This document shows, piece by piece, positions 48,230 to 56,571 of a stretch of 56,571 nucleotides of DNA (position 1 is its first letter; every line of letters begins with the position of its first letter). A program made the position numbers and the translations under genes. The notes below the pieces were generated by a model, which searched no databases, was not told the DNA's origin, and saw only the letters and a program-made list of their open reading frames with translations. Origin of the DNA: a virus (Duplodnaviria > Caudoviricetes); the IMG/VR virus record IMGVR_UViG_3300032214_000909, positions 1 to 56,571 of that record; one strand, given 5' to 3'.

Positions 48230-49843
48230 ATGATTAATTTGGATGTAAAATGGAGTGATCCGTATGAAATTGAATCAAAGAGCGGAATACCTCTTTGGAC
48301 AAGACATTGGTTAATTCCAGTTAATTATCGTAACGAATTCTTTGTTTATTGGAAAGGTAATAGTTTCAAATTAAAAGACAAAGGTTATGGTGTTAAAAAA
48401 GTAGACAATGATTGGTTCTTGACCGAAACACATACTACTAAAGACAGTTTTTCTAAGAAGAAAACAACGGATACAGTCAAATCTGATGAACCATTAAAAC
48501 CATATGAAGTAAAAACGAAAGATGGTTTGCGTCCATGGCAAGTAACTGCTGTATCAAAACTATGTGCAGCTATTAAAAAATGGGGATGTGCAATTGATGG
48601 TAGTGATGTAGGCGTTGGTAAAACATATAATGCATGTGGTACTGCAAGAGAATTAGACATGGATATTCTTGTAGTATGTCCAAAAGCAGTTATGGAATCT
48701 TGGAAAAGAGTAATCAAAAACCATTTTAAAATAAATCATAGATTGATCGGAGTAATCAATTATGAAATGCTTAGAATGGGTAAGAAAGACAGTATGATTG
48801 CGTCTTATGTCAAAAGAAGAGACACTAGACGCAATGAATTTGTATGGAAGATTCCTAAATCAACCCTTATTATTTGGGATGAAAGTCAAAAATTAAAAGG
48901 TGCAAATACAAAAAACAGTGAAACTTGTTTGGAAGCATTGAAACAAGGTTATAAGATGTTGTTTTGTTCAGCAACTAATGCAACCAACCCATTAGAGTTA
49001 AAGACAGTTGGTATGGCTATTAAATTGTTTGAAAACAACAAACAATATTATACTTGGTTATATGCACATGGTGTTACCAAAGGTAGATTTGGATTACAAT
49101 TTAATAACGATAAAGAAGTATTAAAGAAATTGCACAATGACATCTTTATCAATAGAGGTGTAAGATTAACCAGAGATACAATACCAAACTTTCCAGAAAG
49201 TCAAATTGATGCTGAATGTTATAACATGGAAGAAGACGCACAAAAGAAGATCAATAGTATTTATGCGGAAATGGAAGCTGAATTGGCTAAGTTACAAAAG
49301 AAGATAAAGAAGGAAAGTAAAGAAAATACTAGTGAATTGACTGCAATTCTTAGAGCTAGACAAAAAGTAGAATTGGTTAAAGTTCCATTGTTTATTGAAA
49401 TGATTGAAGAAGCAATTGAAAATGGAATGAGTGTGGTTGTATTTTGTAATTTTACTGAAACTATTGATGCTTTATCGGAAAGATTAAATACCAAATGTAT
49501 TGTTAATGGTGAAGCTAAGTATGCAAAAGCTAGACAACAAAATATCGATGATTTTCAGGCAGATAAAGAACGGGTAATATTGGTAAACATTCAAGCTGGT
49601 GGTGCAGGTTTAAGTTTACATGATTTGAACGGTAAACATCCTAGAATGTCTATTATATCACCCAGTTATTCTGCTGTATTAATGAGACAATCAACTGGAA
49701 GAGTTTGGCGTGATAGTGCCAAAAGTAAAAGTATTCAGAAAATTGTCTTTGTTGCTAATACGGTGGAAGAAAAAGTTTGTGAAAGTGTAAAACGCAAACT
49801 TGACAACATGGATCTACTAAATGATGGAGATTTGGACTTATGA
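48230..49843 (+). CDS. SF2 helicase, SNF2-like
   Basis: LRPWQ, DVGVGKT, VVCP, WDESQ, SAT, VVVFCNF, AGGAGLSL, QSTGRVWR. Confidence 0.9.
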   Translation: MINLDVKWSDPYEIESKSGIPLWTRHWLIPVNYRNEFFVYWKGNSFKLKDKGYGVKKVDNDWFLTETHTTKDSFSKKKTTDTVKSDEPLKPYEVKTKDGLRPWQVTAVSKLCAAIKKWGCAIDGSDVGVGKTYNACGTARELDMDILVVCPKAVMESWKRVIKNHFKINHRLIGVINYEMLRMGKKDSMIASYVKRRDTRRNEFVWKIPKSTLIIWDESQKLKGANTKNSETCLEALKQGYKMLFCSATNATNPLELKTVGMAIKLFENNKQYYTWLYAHGVTKGRFGLQFNNDKEVLKKLHNDIFINRGVRLTRDTIPNFPESQIDAECYNMEEDAQKKINSIYAEMEAELAKLQKKIKKESKENTSELTAILRARQKVELVKVPLFIEMIEEAIENGMSVVVFCNFTETIDALSERLNTKCIVNGEAKYAKARQQNIDDFQADKERVILVNIQAGGAGLSLHDLNGKHPRMSIISPSYSAVLMRQSTGRVWRDSAKSKSIQKIVFVANTVEEKVCESVKRKLDNMDLLNDGDLDL

Positions 49844-50154
49844 AAAGAGTTGTAGTAACCAGTATTAATTGGAAAGAAACAATCGAAGTAGACGAAACTA
49901 TATTTGATGATTACAAATTAGAGGCGTGTACACAAGCAATGGAACGAGCAATAAACAATGGAAGTTTAACAGTAACTGCTTTATTACAATGTTGGGTCGA
50001 ACCAAAGAATCCTAAATCAAAGAAAAATGTATCGGTATACAATACATATAAGATATTAATTAACGCAGGATTTCATAGTAAAGCAGAAATTTTAAGGTCA
50101 GTATTTTTATCAAAAACCAAAGTTGATTTAGCGGACGAACCAATCAAAGGTTAA
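49840..50154 (+). CDS. hypothetical protein
   Basis: ATGA-coupled to the helicase. Confidence 0.6.
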   Translation: MKRVVVTSINWKETIEVDETIFDDYKLEACTQAMERAINNGSLTVTALLQCWVEPKNPKSKKNVSVYNTYKILINAGFHSKAEILRSVFLSKTKVDLADEPIKG

Positions 50155-50156
50155 TT

Positions 50157-50930
50157 ATGAGTAATGTTCCAGATATAAATGTAATTTTGGCTCAAATGGC
50201 CGAAATGCAAAAACAGTTAAATGATTTACAATCTCTTAAAAAGGATGTTAAAGAAATAAAAGAAATTAGTAGTCTTGGTGAAGATGTTGCTAAAGAAGTA
50301 GCAGAAGAAGTAAATCAATTAAAAGAAAATGGTGTTATTATTCCTCATTTGGAAAAACAGGCAGAATCTGTATTGTTTCCAAAAAGAAAAGAAAAGAATG
50401 GAATTGCAAGGGTATTATTAGAATCGGAAATCAAAGAAGCAAGAGCAAATAGTAGAAGTGCAAGAGAATGCTCTAAAAAACTGGGTGTAAGTTATACTAC
50501 TTATAAAAAGTATGCTAAAATGTATGGTGTTCATGTTGTATGTGATCCAACAGTAAGAAAAACAAGAGACTTAAATAGTACAATTGATCCATATAAAGGT
50601 AAATATCCATTAAGTAAGATACTAGCAGGCAAATGTCCTAATTTTCCTGTTCACAGATTAAAAGATAAATTGATTAGATCAGGTACAAAAAAAGCCGAAT
50701 GTGAACAATGTGGGTATGGTGAACGAAGAATTACTGATGGTAAAATACCATTGTTATTAAACTTTGAAGATGGTGACAAAACCAATCATAAGTTAGAAAA
50801 TTTAAAGATATTATGTTATAATTGTACATTTTGTACTGGTAGAGGTTATATTAGACGAGGAACAATTCATTTTAATATGGATCCTGATGTAATTCAAGGT
50901 GCAAAGAAACCAATAAGAGCTAGATTTTAA
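50157..50930 (+). CDS. HTH plus degenerate HNH/zinc-finger protein
   Basis: SARECSKKLGVSYTTYKKYAK HTH; CEQC...LNFEDGDKTNHKLENLKILCYNC. Confidence 0.65.
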   Translation: MSNVPDINVILAQMAEMQKQLNDLQSLKKDVKEIKEISSLGEDVAKEVAEEVNQLKENGVIIPHLEKQAESVLFPKRKEKNGIARVLLESEIKEARANSRSARECSKKLGVSYTTYKKYAKMYGVHVVCDPTVRKTRDLNSTIDPYKGKYPLSKILAGKCPNFPVHRLKDKLIRSGTKKAECEQCGYGERRITDGKIPLLLNFEDGDKTNHKLENLKILCYNCTFCTGRGYIRRGTIHFNMDPDVIQGAKKPIRARF

Positions 50931-50967
50931 AATAAAGTTATTATATCTTAAGTGATATTTATGCTTT

Positions 50968-51483
50968 ATGAAAACATTCAATCATTTAATTGCTCAACAT
51001 GGTGTACTAGTATCATTTAGTATTGCAAAGAAGTTAAATCGTGAAAGTGTAAAAGCAATTGCTAAAGAAATTAATAAATTAGGTGGTGATAAAAAGACAC
51101 GAACACAGTTATTAGAAGAAGAAATTAAGAGAAATACCATGGAATCTATGAAATTGACTGATGTTCCTGGTTTGATAATGTCGAAGACTGAAATCGTGAA
51201 AGAAAAATTCATGGAAAACAGTTTCATGAAAGATGACAAGACAGTAATTTCTTTGATGATTCTTGCAAATTCGTTATCTAAGAAAATATTAGATAAAAAA
51301 CTTCCGAAAGAACAAATGTGTTTTATTCTTATTTCGTTGATTGGTTCGTTAGGATTATCTGATGGCGATTTTAAGAATTTCCATCAAAAACATAATCCAA
51401 ACTTTATGCATGAAGATGAGGATGATTTAGATGATTTTGATGACGACGAATATGATGATGAAGAAGATGATGATGAATTTTAA
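50968..51483 (+). CDS. hypothetical protein with acidic C-terminal tail
   Basis: Ends EDEDDLDDFDDDEYDDEEDDDEF; TATTTAT upstream. Confidence 0.6.
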   Translation: MKTFNHLIAQHGVLVSFSIAKKLNRESVKAIAKEINKLGGDKKTRTQLLEEEIKRNTMESMKLTDVPGLIMSKTEIVKEKFMENSFMKDDKTVISLMILANSLSKKILDKKLPKEQMCFILISLIGSLGLSDGDFKNFHQKHNPNFMHEDEDDLDDFDDDEYDDEEDDDEF

Positions 51484-51872
51484 TAAAAATATACCTTCAA
51501 TTTATCATATCCATCAACAATTGTAAGACCTTTATAAGTCCATTTTTCTTTTTTAGTTTTTTCTATTAAATCAGAATAACTTTCGTCATTTTTATCTATT
51601 TCCAAAACAAGACCAGCTACATTATTCTTTTCTTGTTCTTTTATTTTTGGAATTAAACTATGAATTAATTTTTTAAAACTTTCACTTTTGTCTATAAAAG
51701 CCAATATTTTATTCATAGCTACATCAACATTTTCTTTGGACACATTTTGTTTTATAGTTACACATGGTGAATATAAACCGGGAAATTCTTTTACTATATT
51801 GACAAAATTATCTTTATCATTTAATATATCCAATATAATTTCTTTTGTAACCATATATTCATATATATACAT
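51480..51872 (-). CDS. hypothetical protein
   Basis: Only long ORF in the interval; start may be 51854. Confidence 0.55.
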   Translation of the reverse strand: MYIYEYMVTKEIILDILNDKDNFVNIVKEFPGLYSPCVTIKQNVSKENVDVAMNKILAFIDKSESFKKLIHSLIPKIKEQEKNNVAGLVLEIDKNDESYSDLIEKTKKEKWTYKGLTIVDGYDKLKVYFY

Positions 51873-51898
51873 ATACTAACAATTATGTTATTTTTAAT

Positions 51899-53065
51899 AT
51901 GGTTTTTACTACACAAGAAACAGAGGTTACTATGGAAATATTAAATATTGCTGATGCAAAAAATTTGATTGGTACAAATAAAGTTGTATTTGTTACTGGA
52001 GTTACTGGACAAGATGGTAGTTTTATGGCAGATTATTTGCTTAAAAATACTGATTATATTATTTTTGGTGGAGCTAGAAGATTGAGTATCAAAAATCATG
52101 AAAATATCAGTCATTTGGAAAATAATCCCAGATTTCATTTAGTAAACTTTGATTTGAGTGACGCTCATAGTATTAGTAAAATTGTAGAGTCATTAAAACC
52201 AGACTATTTTATCAATTTAGCCGCACAAACATTCGTAGGTTCATCGTGGGATTTTCCAGCACAAACATGGGAATGTAATACAACTGGTGTAATCCATATA
52301 TTAGAAGCTATTAGATTGCATAAACCATCTTGTAGATTTTATAATGCCGGTAGTAGTGAAGAATACGGAAATGTTGCATATGTACCTCAAGATGAAAATC
52401 ATCCAGCTAGACCAAGAAGTCCATATGGAGCAAGTAAATCCGCTGCAAGACAACTAGTAAAGGTATATAGAGAATCTTACCATTTATATGCAATTCAAGG
52501 TTTGTTGTTTAACCATGAAGGTACTCGTAGAGGTGAAGAATTTGTTACTCGTAAAATTACAAAAGGTGTGGCTAGAATTAAAAAAGCCATTATTGAAGGT
52601 AAATCATTTGAACCAATTGAATTGGGAAATGTAAAAGCCAAAAGAGATTGGAGTGATGCCGAAGATTTTGTTAGAGGTATTTGGTTAATGTTAAATCAAG
52701 AAAAATGTAGAATTGATATGGATAGTAATATGCAAATTGAAGAATATGTACTTTCTAGTAATGAAACACACACTATTGCAGAATTTGTATGGTATGCTTT
52801 TAAAGCCGCAGGTATTGAAGGTACATGGCACGGTGAAGCGGAAAGATCAGAGTTTAGTATTAGTACCAAAGATGCAATCAAATATGAACCAGTAGTATCA
52901 GTATTAGTTAAAATAAATCCTAAATTCTATAGACCAGCAGAAGTAGATCTTTTATTGGGTGATAGTACCAAAGCTAGAAGAGAATTGGGATGGAATCCAG
53001 AAACATCATTTGAACAACTAGTAGAAAAAATGGTACTTAACGATTTAAAACAAATTGGACTATGA
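51899..53065 (+). CDS. gmd: GDP-mannose 4,6-dehydratase
   Basis: TGVTGQDGS, NLAAQ, PRSPYGASK, LFNHE..RRG..FVTRKIT, RDW, FYRPAEVDLLLGD; start 51899 or 51932. Confidence 0.93.
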   Translation: MVFTTQETEVTMEILNIADAKNLIGTNKVVFVTGVTGQDGSFMADYLLKNTDYIIFGGARRLSIKNHENISHLENNPRFHLVNFDLSDAHSISKIVESLKPDYFINLAAQTFVGSSWDFPAQTWECNTTGVIHILEAIRLHKPSCRFYNAGSSEEYGNVAYVPQDENHPARPRSPYGASKSAARQLVKVYRESYHLYAIQGLLFNHEGTRRGEEFVTRKITKGVARIKKAIIEGKSFEPIELGNVKAKRDWSDAEDFVRGIWLMLNQEKCRIDMDSNMQIEEYVLSSNETHTIAEFVWYAFKAAGIEGTWHGEAERSEFSISTKDAIKYEPVVSVLVKINPKFYRPAEVDLLLGDSTKARRELGWNPETSFEQLVEKMVLNDLKQIGL

Positions 53066-53463
53066 ATGAATCTTATACACTATATAATGAAACAGTAATG
53101 GACCATTTTATTAACCCAAGAAATATGGGTGATATAAAAGACGCAGATGCCATTGGTGAAGTTGGTGCAGCGGCTTGTGGTGATATCATGAAAATTAGTC
53201 TTAAAATTGATGATATTACTGGAACTGTAATGGATGCAAAATTTAAAACTTTTGGTTGTGGAAGTGCAATTGCTGCTTCATCTATGGCTACTGAATTGAT
53301 CAAGGGAAAATCAATAGATGAACTTGAAAGATGTTTTAGTAACGATGATATTGTTAATGCTTTAGGGGGACTCCCCCCAGTGAAAATTCATTGTTCAGTT
53401 TTGGCACACGAAGCATTAAGTGCAGCATTAGAAGATTACAAAAAGAAAAAAGGAATCAAATAA
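53062..53463 (+). CDS. iscU: Fe-S cluster assembly scaffold IscU/NifU-N
   Basis: DHFINPRNMG, ACGD, FKTFGCGSAIA, LPPVKIHCSVLA. Confidence 0.95.
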   Translation: MNESYTLYNETVMDHFINPRNMGDIKDADAIGEVGAAACGDIMKISLKIDDITGTVMDAKFKTFGCGSAIAASSMATELIKGKSIDELERCFSNDDIVNALGGLPPVKIHCSVLAHEALSAALEDYKKKKGIK

Positions 53464-53632
53464 ATCTACTATTCATAAATTGGATTAGGTTATTATAATA
53501 CTTTTCTAATCCTCTTTTTGTGATTCTTTTTCTGGTAGTGTTTGTTCTATATGCGTTAATAATATCACTTGTGACTTCCAAGTCATTTTCTTCATTCAAC
53601 AACTTAATTTTATCAACTTTATTTTTACGCAT
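53456..53632 (-). CDS. small hypothetical protein (58 aa, not in the ORF track)
   Basis: MRKNKVDKIKLLNEENDLEVTSDIINAYRTNTTRKRITKRGLEKYYNNLIQFMNSRFI*; fills the gap; TACTTAT upstream. Confidence 0.55.
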   Translation of the reverse strand: MRKNKVDKIKLLNEENDLEVTSDIINAYRTNTTRKRITKRGLEKYYNNLIQFMNSRFI

Positions 53633-53671
53633 AAAAAACTTCTGATGAATAAGTATATCACCAGAAGTTTT
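53633..53671 (-). terminator. intrinsic terminator after HNH gene (loop carries TACTTAT motif)
   Basis: AAAACTTCTGGTGA-TATACTTAT-TCATCAGAAGTTTT stem-loop ending in a T run. Confidence 0.6.
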
Positions 53672-53684
53672 CGTTACAATTTTT

Positions 53685-54329
53685 TTATTGAATAGTTAAA
53701 AAATGTTTCCAAGTATGGTGTTTTGCTTCTCTAATCAAAGCAGACATCGGAGTTGGACTCGGTTCAATTGGTTCTTTTCTTAACTTCAAACCAAGTTCAC
53801 TATTTAACTTGTTGCCTTTTTTACTATTAAGAGTTTTGTCACATACAACCATATTAGTCCAAGTATCCTGACCTCCCTTACTACGAGGAATTACATGGTC
53901 AATAGTAGATTGATCTTTGGTCAATTTCTTGCCAGTATATTGACAAATGCCTTGATCTCTGTTCCAAATACCATCTTTGCTAGGCTTTCCTTTAAATGTC
54001 TTAATAGGCATCTTATTGAAATTTGTAGCGATGATGACGGTTGGAACCCTAATGCTTCTAGTAGGACTATTTATGGCCAAATCCCACGGTCTAATAGGTA
54101 ATGTCATCCATTCTTCCCATGAAACTGGATTCATGCTCTTAGCTTCATCAAAAATGGGCTGTCCATTATCATCTAGTTCATATTCAATATCCAATGCCAT
54201 TGTTGATGGTTTGCCGTGAGTTTCAGCACCACAAAGATCCACAATAGCATCTTTGACAGTTTTAAACCCAACTGGTTGCCAGTTAGCATTCAGATTCAAA
54301 CATATTAGTTTATTTGCAACATTATTCAT
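53685..54329 (-). CDS. HNH endonuclease (McrA-like)
   Basis: LNANWQP, VPTVI, RD..CQYTG, TIDHVIPRSKGG..TWTN, N..KGNK. Confidence 0.9.
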   Translation of the reverse strand: MNNVANKLICLNLNANWQPVGFKTVKDAIVDLCGAETHGKPSTMALDIEYELDDNGQPIFDEAKSMNPVSWEEWMTLPIRPWDLAINSPTRSIRVPTVIIATNFNKMPIKTFKGKPSKDGIWNRDQGICQYTGKKLTKDQSTIDHVIPRSKGGQDTWTNMVVCDKTLNSKKGNKLNSELGLKLRKEPIEPSPTPMSALIREAKHHTWKHFLTIQ

Positions 54330-54355
54330 AACTCACCTTACAACATAAGTATAGT

Positions 54356-54688
54356 CTACTTTTTATAAAGGTCAAGGGAAATTTTTTCTTTTGGTTGTAA
54401 ACTTTCATCCAATCTATCAATTACCATCTGTAAACTGCCAATCTCAAACCATTCATTTTTCTGACTCCTAGCAAAATATTTCATTTGTTCATGTATCTCT
54501 TTTTCTGCATTATAACAGTCTGGATGATGTATATAATACTCTATTTTGTAATTTCTTAACGGACTGCTTGTTTGATATGTGCGCAGTCTGGATTTGATAT
54601 CCTCAGTAACACCTATTTTGTAATAATTAGGGAAATTAGTGTTACTAATTACATAAATATAACCCTCTTTTTGTCTTTTTTCACCCAT
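54356..54688 (-). CDS. GIY-YIG family protein (T5orf172-like)
   Basis: GYIYVI, YKIGVT, RL..YQT..P, E..IH, EWF; start moved to ATG 54688. Confidence 0.8.
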   Translation of the reverse strand: MGEKRQKEGYIYVISNTNFPNYYKIGVTEDIKSRLRTYQTSSPLRNYKIEYYIHHPDCYNAEKEIHEQMKYFARSQKNEWFEIGSLQMVIDRLDESLQPKEKISLDLYKK

Positions 54689-54755
54689 TTGTCCAATAAA
54701 TATGGACAAATTTTAATTTTCTTTTTATTTATTTTAGGGGTACCCCCACCCCCCT

Positions 54756-54947
54756 CTATTTTGCATTAACATACTCATAATCATCATTAAACATACTATA
54801 TACACTATGATTATGTCTACCATCAATATGTTCATTTAAATCAATCATTCTTATTTCATCGTCACACATACAAGTCATTTTAATTTTACCATTTTTAATG
54901 ACTGTTTGTGAATCACAATGGGTACAATGAATGTTTAAATGTTTCAT
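54756..54947 (-). CDS. small Cys-containing protein
   Basis: CTHC...CMC; start moved to ATG 54947, downstream of the terminator. Confidence 0.5.
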   Translation of the reverse strand: MKHLNIHCTHCDSQTVIKNGKIKMTCMCDDEIRMIDLNEHIDGRHNHSVYSMFNDDYEYVNAK

Positions 54948-54973
54948 ATGTACTAATATATCATTACTAACGC

Positions 54974-55010
54974 AAAAGAAAAGGGTTGTCACGGTAATGT
55001 AACAACCCTT
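54974..55010 (-). terminator. intrinsic terminator
   Basis: Minus strand AAGGGTTGTTAC-ATTACC-GTGACAACCCTT followed by TTCTTTT. Confidence 0.75.
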
Positions 55011-55032
55011 AACACTAGTGTAACCTTACTTA

Positions 55033-55812
55033 TTATAAGTCTGCGTAATTTTTCAATTCAATTTTACCATTTGAAATAGTAATATATTGATCTAAATTAC
55101 AATCAATACAAATATTATCTGCATCTGTAATATTCATATATCCTTCTTTATGATACTGAGCAGCTCTGCCAGTTTCCCATTGATTGGTATGACCTACAAT
55201 TTGTCTTAAACCTTCAATAGGACTAAATTCATAGTCAAAATCACACCATACAATCCCACCAGCTCTAAATCTACCTCCTCTACTATGACCTACTTGGTAA
55301 AACCAATGTAAATCGTCACTCTTTAACTTGGTTGTAGCTTCTTCACTACATTGGTCAAGATATTTAAAAATATCATTATTTGTAGAACAATTAGGAGACA
55401 CTAATCGTTGGTCCAAACCAGCGTGGGTCAATAGAATACCATCAACAACACAAGTCCAGTTAAATTTCTTTTGAAAATAACCTCTATGTTTTTCAATTAC
55501 ATCATTAATTGCATCAAACTTCCATTGTTCATAACCACTACACCATACACTAGGTGCGTCAAACAAATAATGTAGATCATGATTACCAAATAGAGTGTAA
55601 TTACACTTATTAGGTAAAAACTTTTCTAGTAGATACTTTGCGGTATCTGCATAGTGTTGTGGTTCATCATATATGAAACTATCAAACCAATCACCAAGAC
55701 AGATATTAATGTCACCATCTTCTTTTTTGATGATAGTATCGAGCTTTTGATGATTGTTGTGTGGATCGGCAACAATTACAATTTTCTTTTTATCTGAACT
55801 GAAATTTAACAT
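55033..55812 (-). CDS. calcineurin-like metallophosphoesterase
   Basis: DPH, LGDWFD, GNHD, THAG, GIVW, QIVGHT. Confidence 0.9.
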   Translation of the reverse strand: MLNFSSDKKKIVIVADPHNNHQKLDTIIKKEDGDINICLGDWFDSFIYDEPQHYADTAKYLLEKFLPNKCNYTLFGNHDLHYLFDAPSVWCSGYEQWKFDAINDVIEKHRGYFQKKFNWTCVVDGILLTHAGLDQRLVSPNCSTNNDIFKYLDQCSEEATTKLKSDDLHWFYQVGHSRGGRFRAGGIVWCDFDYEFSPIEGLRQIVGHTNQWETGRAAQYHKEGYMNITDADNICIDCNLDQYITISNGKIELKNYADL

Positions 55813-55835
55813 AACCTATGTTACCATTGAATTGA

Positions 55836-56081
55836 TCAAAGGTCAAGATTTTTATTTTTAATTTTTTCAAGTAACCATTTGACCATTTCCTTTTTGGTCG
55901 GAGTTTGGTAATCATTTCTAATATTATAGAACTCCAATTCCAAGTCAAATAATTTTTTTGTTGGTTCTAATTTAGATATCCATTTATCCGATATTGTTTC
56001 GTCTGGTGAAATTATGTATAATTCTTCTAATAAAGAAACTAGAAATTCATATTCCACCTTTGAAACAATAACTTTTTTCAT
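55836..56081 (-). CDS. hypothetical protein
   Basis: Co-directional ORF with ATG start. Confidence 0.55.
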   Translation of the reverse strand: MKKVIVSKVEYEFLVSLLEELYIISPDETISDKWISKLEPTKKLFDLELEFYNIRNDYQTPTKKEMVKWLLEKIKNKNLDL

Positions 56082-56132
56082 TTAACTTTGGTATCTTTTT
56101 TAGTTCCCCAATTTATTTTATCGTAATTGGAA

Positions 56133-56549
56133 TTATAGGTTTTCTTGTTCACTGGCCGAGGTTTGCTCCCCTTCCCGTTCTGATGTGATTGATTGCTCAT
56201 AAAATGATTGATATCCTTTCTCTATTGTTGTAAAAAACTCTCCGTTATTAAGTAAATCTTCTGTTAAGATAGTGTCACTCTTCATATAAAAAGAATTTTG
56301 ATGTTTAATCCAAAATCCTTCTTTATTTTCATCTCTTTCATATCCAATGAAAACAATATTAAACAATTGTTCATCGATATAAGGACTCAATTCAGGATGT
56401 CCTTCTGGAATTGAGAATATTTCATTTTCCAACCATTTGTCATTTTCACGAATACAAATGCATAGTTGAATTTCTTGTGATTCACCCACCTTAGCTTTAA
56501 AGGCAAATGCATTTGGTTTTTCAATTGTATTATTCATATTTTTCAGCAC
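56133..56549 (-). CDS. hypothetical protein
   Basis: Co-directional ORF; start probably ATG 56537. Confidence 0.55.
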   Translation of the reverse strand: MLKNMNNTIEKPNAFAFKAKVGESQEIQLCICIRENDKWLENEIFSIPEGHPELSPYIDEQLFNIVFIGYERDENKEGFWIKHQNSFYMKSDTILTEDLLNNGEFFTTIEKGYQSFYEQSITSEREGEQTSASEQENL

Positions 56550-56571
56550 ATTTACTGCAAAGTTGACCGGC

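Noticed and set aside
51405-51483. GAT/GAC/GAA-rich tandem-like repeat
   Set aside because: Simply encodes the acidic C-terminal tail of the 171-aa protein
53464-53684. Possible tRNA or ncRNA in the largest apparent intergenic gap
   Set aside because: No cloverleaf or T-loop consensus; the gap is explained by a 58-aa ORF and a terminator hairpin
1170-54769. Numerous 60-140 aa antisense or nested ORFs in the track (e.g. 1170..1457, 25352..25636, 27288..27716, 28190..28603, 46637..46861, 48385..48717)
   Set aside because: They lie opposite or within well-supported genes, often use non-ATG starts and show no recognisable motifs; treated as shadow ORFs
1-56571. Stop-codon reassignment as in some huge phages
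   Set aside because: Genes are full length in the standard code with high coding density; TGA ends many genes in ATGA overlaps and TAG ends at least two (54356, 54756)

Overview
An AT-rich, gene-dense 56.6 kb segment of a large dsDNA tailed phage genome (T4-like/'huge phage' type), read in the standard genetic code. A replication core (PolB, gp45-like sliding clamp, gp44-like clamp loader, Cas4/RecB-like nuclease, dUTPase, plus a detached gp62-like subunit and dNMP kinase at the left end) is flanked by two divergently oriented glycan-biosynthesis islands. The left island (~2.1-22 kb, minus strand) encodes nucleotide-sugar enzymes: RmlC, a His-type PLP 3-dehydratase, an HddA-like kinase, a minimal TPP E1 alpha/beta pair, a B12 radical SAM enzyme, methyltransferase, LhgO and GT2/GT4/GT10 transferases. 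The right island (~29-42 kb, plus strand) encodes GT4, NodZ-like, GT61, GT15 and GT17 transferases around a kinase - sedoheptulose-7-phosphate cyclase (EEVS signature) - SDR - nucleotidyltransferase cassette. That cassette is the most striking feature: it looks like a phage pathway for an NDP-activated C7 carbasugar. Further right are modular putative head-interior proteins (one ending in a GH24 lysozyme), a Ser/Asn/Thr-rich repeat protein, an SNF2-like helicase, Gmd, IscU, HNH/GIY-YIG proteins and a metallophosphoesterase. A TA(T/C)TTAT motif recurs just upstream of transcription-unit starts, twice as a hairpin loop. No tRNA, rRNA or CRISPR array was seen. All functional calls come from motif recognition by eye, without database searches.
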